Sequence record: SRR20825006_1326
Reading direction: 5' to 3' (one strand)
DNA length: 20,000 nucleotides
The position numbers and the translations under genes were made by a program. The notes below the pieces were generated by a model, which was not told where the DNA came from, did not search any database, and saw nothing but the letters and a program-made list of their open reading frames with translations. Positions 7,419 to 14,970 of this stretch are shown here, piece after piece (positions within the stretch are counted from its first letter, which is position 1; every line of letters begins with the position of its first letter).

Positions 7419-8090
7419 TTAACTGATGGCCTGCTGCAGTTTTTCCTGCAATTCTGTTGCCAATTCTGCTTGGCTTTTTGGGCCCAAGGCATTCTGATAG
7501 CTGCGCATCAAGCCACGTAAAAATGCTTCAGGGCAGCTATTCAAAAATTCGTCGACGCTTCTTGTCTCAAAACTTTTTGCAATGCCTTCGCCCATCGCCG
7601 CACTCACCGTGCGGTTGAAAAAGGCGAGCATCGCATTGGTGTCAGTTTCGGCATAATATTCCGCATAATTCTCTGCACTGCCGAAATGCTCATTGATCAT
7701 GGCTTGATTTTTGCCAGCAAATTCCATGGCACTTTCATGCGCCGCATCATAAGTCGCATCATAGGCAAATGATTGGCCTGTTTGCTGCTCAAACATCTCA
7801 CGCAATGCTGCAGCCCAAAGTGTGCCAACATAAGTGCCGTCTGTTTTCCATTGCTGCGCCAAAGTTTCAACGCGCTGAAGGGGCGACAAATCCTCAGCCC
7901 GCAATTGCGAAACAGTTTTCGCCACGGGCAACAGCCCATCACAAACCCACTTAATCACCGCATCAAAATCATCATTTTCAACATTAGCAGTCACAAGCGG
8001 AAGAGCATTTTCCTCTACCGAATTGGCACTTAAAATGTTTGAGAGGGTGAGGGCCCAATGGCGATCATCATTCATTATTTGGAGCCTCAT
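7419..8090 (-). CDS. Hypothetical protein (223 aa, acidic, probably alpha-helical; alternative start 8075)
   Basis: Long ORF filling the gap between the PPTase and dioxygenase genes, co-oriented with both, with protein-like composition. No motif recognised. Confidence 0.8.
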   Translation of the reverse strand: MRLQIMNDDRHWALTLSNILSANSVEENALPLVTANVENDDFDAVIKWVCDGLLPVAKTVSQLRAEDLSPLQRVETLAQQWKTDGTYVGTLWAAALREMFEQQTGQSFAYDATYDAAHESAMEFAGKNQAMINEHFGSAENYAEYYAETDTNAMLAFFNRTVSAAMGEGIAKSFETRSVDEFLNSCPEAFLRGLMRSYQNALGPKSQAELATELQEKLQQAIS

Positions 8091-8097
8091 TTGACGC

Positions 8098-8127
8098 AGT
8101 ATGGCTTTTCAAAAATCAGTTGATCAA
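8098..8127 (-). promoter_or_regulatory. Possible internal sigma70 promoter for the hypothetical-dioxygenase pair
   Basis: TTGATC (8127-8122)-N18-CATACT (8103-8098), ending 7 nt before ATG 8090. Confidence 0.3.
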
Positions 8128-8153
8128 ACGCATCAAATTTTGACCCGCAAAAT

Positions 8154-8858
8154 CTATGATAAACCTAGCAATTCAGCGCTATTGAGGCAAGTCAGAACGC
8201 AGCCATTTACAGCTGAATTTACCGCTAAACAGCCAATTATTTCGGCCTTTGGATCATCGAAATCCAACAAGCGAAAAGAACCCGAAAAATCAACAACCGG
8301 ATTATGCGTATTTAGCCGTACATCAATAGTGTTGAGCTCATCAATCAACCCCGTTGCCGTCACCTTCAACAGCGCTTCTTTGCGCACCCACATGCGCAAA
8401 AACGCACAGCCTTGTTCGGCTGTATCTTTTTGGGCAATCCAAGCTCTCTCATTGGCGTGGCACACCATATCGATCAAACTGTCAGCTTCTTTCTTGCGCG
8501 ACATTGTTTCAATATCCACGCCCACAGCATGGTGCCGATGAAAGGCAACCGCAACCGCTTGTTGTGTGTGGGAAATATTGAAATGCATGCTCGGGAAAGT
8601 TGGTTTGCCATTTTCAGTCAGATCAAAGTCAATTGTAGGCAAGTCCAAGAAATGCCTGACCAAACTACGTCCCAAAATGTGCGCTTGGCGCTGTGCAGGG
8701 ACTAAAACACGATCAAATTTCGCCGCTTCGTTCGGCGTAATTTGAGGCGTTAACGCCTTGACTTCATCGAGTGCCGCATAAAACACCGCTGCTTGATCGG
8801 CATCTAGCGCCTTATGAATGCGCGACCGACATGCATTAAGTTGCTCATGCAGTGACAT
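8154..8858 (-). CDS. Sfp-type 4'-phosphopantetheinyl transferase
   Basis: ENGKP, FNISHT, VGVDIE and WVRKEALLK motifs. Likely start ATG 8858 (MSLHEQ...), overlapping the thioesterase stop by 14 nt. Confidence 0.93.
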   Translation of the reverse strand: MSLHEQLNACRSRIHKALDADQAAVFYAALDEVKALTPQITPNEAAKFDRVLVPAQRQAHILGRSLVRHFLDLPTIDFDLTENGKPTFPSMHFNISHTQQAVAVAFHRHHAVGVDIETMSRKKEADSLIDMVCHANERAWIAQKDTAEQGCAFLRMWVRKEALLKVTATGLIDELNTIDVRLNTHNPVVDFSGSFRLLDFDDPKAEIIGCLAVNSAVNGCVLTCLNSAELLGLS

Positions 8859-9564
8859 GGGTTTTTCGCGCCACAAAATCATTGACGATCTTCTGCAATT
8901 CCTGGCTGGACGCCTCATGCATATTGTGCTCACCGTCAATTTGCTGAAGGTCAAATTGCCCGCTTGTAAACTGAGCCCAAGGTTGCATAGTCTCAGGACG
9001 CGTCACGCTGTCCTGATTCCCAGCGATCCCCAGAATGTCGGTAGAAATGACCCGTCCGCTCACTGGCTTATAAGCCGCACACATCCGAAAATCGCTGATA
9101 ATTGTTGGCAACAATAATTCCAATAATTCAGGATATTGCATAAGTTCTTTAAAGTGTGGGTTGAACGCGAGTAAATCGTCGGTAATCCGCGCCTCATCTT
9201 CAAGCTTTGGCAAATGCCGCGGCTGGTCGGGTGAGGGCGACGTCAGCGCGATGATGAATTCAGGCGCTTGCCCGATCTGTTCAAACCGCCACGCCAATTC
9301 ATACGCAATCCATCCGCCCATGCTGGACCCAAGAAACGCAAAGCGATTCATTGGGCCAGCGCGCAGTTCTTCGAACACATCATCACAAAGGCGCTGAAAA
9401 TCGCTTGGTGTTACATCATCAAGCCGCACGCCGCGTCCCGGCAAGGTGACAGGGGTCACCTGCACATCATTACTCAGAAAACGCTCCCAGCTCTTAAATA
9501 TGGCCGCATCAGCACCAGCCTGTGGAAAACAAAACAGCTGCAATGCGGAAGTAGCGGCAGGCAT
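8845..9564 (-). CDS. Type II (stand-alone) thioesterase, GrsT-like
   Basis: LFCFPQAG, LPGRGVR, nucleophile elbow GSSMG, LLLPTIISDF, GEH. Likely start ATG 9564 after GGAG. Confidence 0.93.
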   Translation of the reverse strand: MPAATSALQLFCFPQAGADAAIFKSWERFLSNDVQVTPVTLPGRGVRLDDVTPSDFQRLCDDVFEELRAGPMNRFAFLGSSMGGWIAYELAWRFEQIGQAPEFIIALTSPSPDQPRHLPKLEDEARITDDLLAFNPHFKELMQYPELLELLLPTIISDFRMCAAYKPVSGRVISTDILGIAGNQDSVTRPETMQPWAQFTSGQFDLQQIDGEHNMHEASSQELQKIVNDFVARKTHVTA

Positions 9565-9686
9565 AAAAACAAGCTCCAAATCAATGCGCAAATCACCATT
9601 GGCATGCATATAAGCAGACCTGTTTCAGATTCACAAATGATTGGGAGAAAAGACGAAATATCCGGTGCAAGCACAAAAGCTCACAC

Positions 9687-9721
9687 AAAAACACACCAAA
9701 TTACCCGAAGCAATATGCGTG
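9687..9721 (-). terminator. Possible weak terminator downstream of tRNA-Lys
   Basis: CACGC-AU-AUUGC-UUCGG-GUAAU-UUG-GUGUG followed by UUUUU. The stem is interrupted. Confidence 0.3.
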
Positions 9722-9750
9722 AAGAAAACTAGATAAGTCTTTGAAGGGAA

Positions 9751-9826
9751 TGGTGTGCCCGGAAGGATTCGAACCTTCGACCGTCCGATTAAAAGTCGGA
9801 TGCTCTACCAGCTGAGCTACGGGCAC
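9751..9826 (-). tRNA. tRNA-Lys (anticodon TTT)
   Basis: GTGCCCGTAGCTCAGCTGGTAGAGCATCCGACTTTTAATCGGACGGTCGAAGGTTCGAATCCTTCCGGGCACACCA: 76 nt, full cloverleaf, TTCGAAT T-loop, encoded CCA. Confidence 0.98.
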
Positions 9827-9850
9827 AAGAGCGTTGTTCATCAGCGAACA

Positions 9851-9884
9851 GCGCGGACAATAGTTTTATTCGCGTCTGTGTCAA
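9851..9884 (-). promoter_or_regulatory. Sigma70 stable-RNA promoter of tRNA-Lys
   Basis: TTGACA (9884-9879)-N16-TATTGT (9862-9857) followed by the GC-rich discriminator CCGCGC. Confidence 0.8.
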
Positions 9885-9918
9885 CCAGAATATTTCAACT
9901 TTTGAAATTTTTTCTAAA

Positions 9919-10842
9919 TCAGCTCAAATCTTCCAGCGGAATCCCATCAAAACTGCCTGCTTCACACACATAGCCCTGACGGATAATTTCTTTGCACAAA
10001 CGCAGCGCATCGTTCTCTTCTTCTAAAGGACCGACCACAAGTTGGATTTTATCTGATTCATTCACCACCGGAATCATCTTTGGTTCCAGCCCCAAAAGCA
10101 GGGTGCCCACATTGGCTTTTATGTTCAACCAGTTGAGCTCTGCTTTGTTTTTCTCGATTCGTGGTCCAAGAATCACACCGTAGATTGTTTCAGCACTCGG
10201 CAATGCGTCCATCGCATTCACACTGGCGGTGGTCATCGGATCAGTCTCCGCGCCCGCCGCAGCGTCAATTTCCGGCAACGCGGCCATATTGGTGATTTCG
10301 GTTGGCACCTCATTGCCATCTATATTGGCCACAATTTCTGGCAATTCCTGTTGCAGCTCGGGTGGCGCGCTCTCGGCCAAGGGCAATGTTTCAAAAAGGT
10401 AGGAACGGGCAACCTTCAAATCATCATCAACGCGAATAATCTCTTCGCCATTAGCTTCGTTGATCGAAGCGGTGATCAGGCTCTTGTCCAATTGCGCGCC
10501 AGGCGGCAACGCTTCAAGCAAAATCGGAATGCTGGCTTCCAGCGCCCGCACACGTTTTGACACAAAACTGTTGCTCTCTTCGCCTAGCGTAAGGCGGCTG
10601 TCTGCCACATTGGATTCGCGCTTCATTGCTGCAAATTCCATGCGCATGGCCCGCAATTCAGATTGCACTTGTGCGATTGTACCAAGATTGTTTGGTGTTT
10701 CTTTCAGCATGTTGCTCCAACCTTGTGGCAACAACAAGCTGGCAGAAGAAAAGACCAGCATGGTGGTAAGTGAAGCAATCGCAACAAGACCCCACAATCG
10801 CATATCTGATTGTGTAAACTTATTGAGTTCTTGTTCCGTCAT
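9919..10842 (-). CDS. Membrane-anchored protein with coiled coil and C-terminal SPOR-like domain
   Basis: N-terminal TM helix (LWGLVAIASLTTMLVF), coiled-coil stretch, acidic linker, and C-terminal YGVILG...W...LLLGLEP...LVVGPL...A..LC..I...G..C, typical of rhizobial SPOR domains. ATG 10842 or GTG 10845. Confidence 0.75.
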   Translation of the reverse strand: MTEQELNKFTQSDMRLWGLVAIASLTTMLVFSSASLLLPQGWSNMLKETPNNLGTIAQVQSELRAMRMEFAAMKRESNVADSRLTLGEESNSFVSKRVRALEASIPILLEALPPGAQLDKSLITASINEANGEEIIRVDDDLKVARSYLFETLPLAESAPPELQQELPEIVANIDGNEVPTEITNMAALPEIDAAAGAETDPMTTASVNAMDALPSAETIYGVILGPRIEKNKAELNWLNIKANVGTLLLGLEPKMIPVVNESDKIQLVVGPLEEENDALRLCKEIIRQGYVCEAGSFDGIPLEDLS

Positions 10843-10979
10843 CACTAGTTTTCCCCAAAAGAGCTGCGAATCAAACTGTTAACTAAGAATAATAATGCAG
10901 ATATAATTTACCATTTTGCCAACACATTCGTGGCATATGCCCAAATACAGGACTTAAAAGGGGTGGGGACCTTTATTTT

Positions 10980-12317
10980 ATGACCGAAATTTTGACGATT
11001 ATTCTGGGTGCCGGTGAGGGCACGCGCATGAAGTCTGATCAACCGAAGGTGCTGCATAAGGTTGGCGGACGCCCGATGATTGGCCATGTTTTGGCCGCTT
11101 GCGCCGAAGCTGGGGCCAAATCACGACATATCGTTATCGGCCCAGATCATGATCATGTGCGCGATTACGCTAAAACTGTGGATAGCCACATCACGACCTC
11201 CATCCAAAAAGATCGCTTGGGCACCGGGCACGCAGTGCGCGAAGCACGCGAAGCGTGGAAAGATTTTGATGGCTACGTGCTCGTGCTGTTCGCGGACAAC
11301 CCGCTCATCTCACCAGCGGTGATCGCTGATACGGTAGCTTGTTTGAACGAAGGGGCTGATTTGGCCGTCGTTGGCTTCCAAACGCCAGAACCGTTCGGCT
11401 ATGGCCGCATCCTTGTCGAACATGGGCAGGTGAAAGCCATCCGCGAGGAAAAAGATGCAACGCCTGAAGAGCGCAAAATCAAATTCTGCAATTCCGGCAT
11501 CATGGGCTTCAAGGCAGATTGCCTGCGCGCTGTGATTGATGAAATCAAAAATGACAATGTGAAGGGTGAGTTTTACCTCACCGATGCAGTAGAAATCGCT
11601 AATGCGCAAAACAAGCATGTGCGTGGTGTTGAATGCCCATTCGTCAACGTACTCGGCGTGAATGATCGGGCCCAGTTGGCTGAAGCTGAGCATATTTTCC
11701 AGCAGGAAAAACGGTCCCACTTCATGAAAGAAGGCGTAACCCTTGTTGCGCCCGAAACTGTATTTTTCAGCTATGACACCAAAATCGAAAACGATGTGGT
11801 GATCGAACCTAATGTCGTGTTCGGTCCCGGTGTCACCGTGGAAAAAGGCGCGCACATTCAAGCTTTCTCTCATTTGGAAGGCGCATATGTGGGAGCCAAT
11901 GGCCAAATTGGTCCTTATGCGAGGTTACGTCCCGGTTCCAATCTCGCAGCTGGCGTTAAAGTGGGCAATTTTGTCGAAACCAAAAAGGCAGAGATCGGCA
12001 AAGGCTCTAAGGTCAACCATCTTAGCTATATTGGCGACGCCAAAATTGGTGAAGGCACCAATATTGGGGCAGGCACCATCACCTGCAATTATGATGGTAA
12101 GAACAAATTTGTGACCGAAATTGGCGATAATGCCTTTATCGGCTCAAACAGCGCATTGGTGGCGCCTGTGTCCATTGCAAACGGCGCATATGTGGCGTCT
12201 GGCTCTGTGGTCACCATGAATGTTGAAGAAGATGCCCTGGCGATCGGTCGTGCACGTCAGGAAAATAAAGAAAACTATGCCGCGCGCATCCGTGCCCGGT
12301 GGGTTAAAAGCGAATAG
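10980..12317 (+). CDS. glmU: Bifunctional UDP-GlcNAc pyrophosphorylase / glucosamine-1-phosphate acetyltransferase
   Basis: GAGEGTRMKS..PKVLH, LGTGHAV, GYGRI, EFYLTD, GPYARLRPG, GNFVETK, NHLSYIGD, GAGTITCNYDG. Confidence 0.99.
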   Translation: MTEILTIILGAGEGTRMKSDQPKVLHKVGGRPMIGHVLAACAEAGAKSRHIVIGPDHDHVRDYAKTVDSHITTSIQKDRLGTGHAVREAREAWKDFDGYVLVLFADNPLISPAVIADTVACLNEGADLAVVGFQTPEPFGYGRILVEHGQVKAIREEKDATPEERKIKFCNSGIMGFKADCLRAVIDEIKNDNVKGEFYLTDAVEIANAQNKHVRGVECPFVNVLGVNDRAQLAEAEHIFQQEKRSHFMKEGVTLVAPETVFFSYDTKIENDVVIEPNVVFGPGVTVEKGAHIQAFSHLEGAYVGANGQIGPYARLRPGSNLAAGVKVGNFVETKKAEIGKGSKVNHLSYIGDAKIGEGTNIGAGTITCNYDGKNKFVTEIGDNAFIGSNSALVAPVSIANGAYVASGSVVTMNVEEDALAIGRARQENKENYAARIRARWVKSE

Positions 12318-12326
12318 GATCAAAAT

Positions 12327-14153
12327 ATGTGTGGGATCGTAGGTATTGTCAGCACGACACCTGTGGCTGAACGAATTGTAGATGCGCTTAAGCGGCTTGA
12401 ATATCGCGGCTATGACAGTGCAGGCTTGGCCACGTCCGTTGGCGGCGAAATTGACCGCCGTCGTGCGCCGGGCAAGCTGACCAATCTGCGTGAACGGTTG
12501 GAACAATCGCCGCTTGATGGCACCATTGGCATTGGCCACACACGCTGGGCCACACATGGCGCACCGACTGAGGAAAATGCCCACCCGCACACCACTAATC
12601 GCGTTGCCATTGTCCATAATGGTATTATCGAAAATTTCCGCGAACTGAAAAAAGAGCTGGATAAGGACGGCTATCAGCCTGTTTCTGAAACAGATACCGA
12701 AATCGTCGCGCTCATGGTTACCCGTGAACTGGATCGTGGTGCGGCGCCGTTTGATGCGGCGGCCAACGTCATCAAGCGGCTCGAAGGCGCATTTGCCCTC
12801 GCCATGATGTTTAAAGGTGAAGACAATCTGATCGTTGGCGCCCGTCAGGGCGCGCCATTGGCCATTGGTCATGGTGACAATGAAATGATTTTGGGCTCTG
12901 ACGCCATCGCCATCGCACCGTTCACCGACAAGGTGACCTACTTGGAAGAAGGCGATTGGGTCGCCATCACCAAGGACGATGCTCGTATTTTTAACCGCGA
13001 AGGTCAGCCTGTTCAACGCGCTATGGCGCAAACCCAATTGGGTGTGAACATGGTGGATAAGGGCAATCACCGCCATTTCATGCTCAAAGAAATTTATGAG
13101 CAGCCAGACGCGATTTCTCACACCGTTTCGCATTATTTGGATTTAGCCAACGGCAAGGTGAAGCTGCCAGCTAAATTGCCATTTGATTTCAAGTCGCTCA
13201 ATCGCTTGACCATTTCAGCCTGTGGCACCGCATTTTATGCAGGCTTGGTCGCAAAATATTGGTTTGAAAAATATGCGCGCCTGCCGGTTGAAGTCGATGT
13301 GGCGTCTGAATTCCGCTATCGCGAACCGCCTATGGATGCAGATGGCCTGGCGCTATTCATTTCCCAATCAGGTGAAACGGCCGACACGCTAGCTGCATTG
13401 CGCTATTGTAAAGCACAGGGCCAGCACATCGCCTCCATCGTGAACGCGCAGGAAAGCACCATTGCCCGCGAGAGCGATATTGTTTTCCCCATCCAGTGTG
13501 GTCCTGAAATCTCTGTGGCCTCCACCAAAGCCACCACGGCGCAATTGTCTGTGCTGGCCTCTTTGGCCATTGCGGCAGGCCGTCAGCGCGGCACAATTTC
13601 AGAGGCTGAAGAGTTTGAACTGGTCGACATGTTGGCAAAATTGCCCGGCGCCATCACCAAGGCCCTCGCATCTGAAGATAAGATCGACCAAATCAGCCAC
13701 GCCCTGTCAAAAGCAGATGATGTGCTTTACCTTGGTCGCGGTTCACTCTTTCCAATTGCATTGGAAGGCGCACTCAAACTCAAGGAAATCACCTATATTC
13801 ACGCCGAAGGTTACGCCTCAGGCGAATTGAAGCACGGTCCGATTGCCTTGATCGATGAGACCTTGCCAGTGGTCGTGGTCGCCCCATCTGATCAATTGTT
13901 TGATAAAACCATCTCAAATATGCACGAAGTTGCAGCGCGTGGTGGTAAGATCATTTTGATCACCGATGAGGCAGGGGCCAAATCTGCTGGTGATGATGTG
14001 AGTGAAATCATCATCGTGCCCGACGCTCATGAATTTGTGATGCCCATTATCTGTGCGATTCCAGTACAATTATTGGCCTATCACACTGCCGTCTTTATGG
14101 GCACAGATGTGGATCAGCCGCGAAATCTCGCTAAGTCTGTTACGGTTGAGTAG
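12327..14153 (+). CDS. glmS: Glutamine-fructose-6-phosphate aminotransferase
   Basis: MCGIVG, LEYRGYDSAG, GHTRWATHG, SQSGETADT, ELKHGPIAL, DQPRNLAKSVTVE. Confidence 0.99.
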   Translation: MCGIVGIVSTTPVAERIVDALKRLEYRGYDSAGLATSVGGEIDRRRAPGKLTNLRERLEQSPLDGTIGIGHTRWATHGAPTEENAHPHTTNRVAIVHNGIIENFRELKKELDKDGYQPVSETDTEIVALMVTRELDRGAAPFDAAANVIKRLEGAFALAMMFKGEDNLIVGARQGAPLAIGHGDNEMILGSDAIAIAPFTDKVTYLEEGDWVAITKDDARIFNREGQPVQRAMAQTQLGVNMVDKGNHRHFMLKEIYEQPDAISHTVSHYLDLANGKVKLPAKLPFDFKSLNRLTISACGTAFYAGLVAKYWFEKYARLPVEVDVASEFRYREPPMDADGLALFISQSGETADTLAALRYCKAQGQHIASIVNAQESTIARESDIVFPIQCGPEISVASTKATTAQLSVLASLAIAAGRQRGTISEAEEFELVDMLAKLPGAITKALASEDKIDQISHALSKADDVLYLGRGSLFPIALEGALKLKEITYIHAEGYASGELKHGPIALIDETLPVVVVAPSDQLFDKTISNMHEVAARGGKIILITDEAGAKSAGDDVSEIIIVPDAHEFVMPIICAIPVQLLAYHTAVFMGTDVDQPRNLAKSVTVE

Positions 14154-14228
14154 GCGGCAGACTTCGTATTCGCGATAAAATGCGCTAAAGCCGTTGTAAT
14201 GCGGATTCGGCGGTCTATATAGGTTTCT

Positions 14229-14966
14229 ATGATGAACGATAAAAACGATAAAAAGCATAGTGACGATAGCGCAGAACCTGTTCACCACACAGGCCCTGGT
14301 CGTCGACTGACGAATTACTTTTTGACAGGCTTGGTCATCGCGGCGCCTATCGGCCTCACGATCTACATCACTTGGTCAATCATTCGCATTGTTGACGATT
14401 TCGTCAAACCGTTGATCCCGTCACAATATAATCCTGACACATATTTACCGATCACTGTGCCCGGGTTCGGTTTGGTCATCGCTTTTATCGCAATCGTTTT
14501 GCTCGGCTTCCTCACCGCCAACTTGGTGGGCCGCACGTTGGTGCAGTTTGGCGAAAGCATCTTGCACCGCATGCCGTTCGTGTCCGTGCTTTATCGCGGT
14601 TTGAAACAGATTTTCGAAACGGTGGTCAGCCAAAGCCATTCAAACTTTAAGCAGGTCGGCTTAATCCAATATCCGCGTGAAGGCCTGTGGGCATTGGTGT
14701 TTATCTCCACCAGCGCCAAGGGCGAGGTGGCCGACAAAGTGCGCGGCGATGACATCATCAGCGTTTTCTTGCCCACCACGCCAAACCCAACATCCGGCTT
14801 TTTGCTGTTCGTCCCACGAAAGGACATCATCATTCTTGATATGTCCGTGGAAGACGGTGCGAAGCTGGTGATCTCCGCAGGTCTCGTTTCACCTGAATAT
14901 CAGGCGAAAATGGCAGAGCTGGCCGAAGAGGCCGAAGAAGTCGTCCACCAGAAAAACACCAAATAA
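14229..14966 (+). CDS. DUF502 family membrane protein
   Basis: NYFLTGL..P...T, two TM helices, YPREGLW, VFLPTTPNPTSGFL, MSVEDG.KLVISAG. Confidence 0.92.
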   Translation: MMNDKNDKKHSDDSAEPVHHTGPGRRLTNYFLTGLVIAAPIGLTIYITWSIIRIVDDFVKPLIPSQYNPDTYLPITVPGFGLVIAFIAIVLLGFLTANLVGRTLVQFGESILHRMPFVSVLYRGLKQIFETVVSQSHSNFKQVGLIQYPREGLWALVFISTSAKGEVADKVRGDDIISVFLPTTPNPTSGFLLFVPRKDIIILDMSVEDGAKLVISAGLVSPEYQAKMAELAEEAEEVVHQKNTK

Positions 14967-14970
14967 TGCG

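Noticed and set aside
8120-8136. TTGAT...ATCAA inverted repeat as an FNR/FixK box
   Set aside because: The spacer is 7 nt, not the required 4.
10980-14153. glmS/glmU as a self-resistance target for a GlmS-inhibiting peptide (bacilysin/dapdiamide-like) made by the neighbouring cluster
   Set aside because: They sit in ordinary core synteny on the other side of the tRNA, look canonical and are not duplicated here. No ATP-grasp ligase or diaminopropionate genes are visible, so the proximity is probably coincidental.
14105-14228. attTn7 site at the glmS 3' end
   Set aside because: The conserved glmS terminus is present, but DUF502 follows after 75 bp with no Tn7 ends or tns genes. The site is empty.
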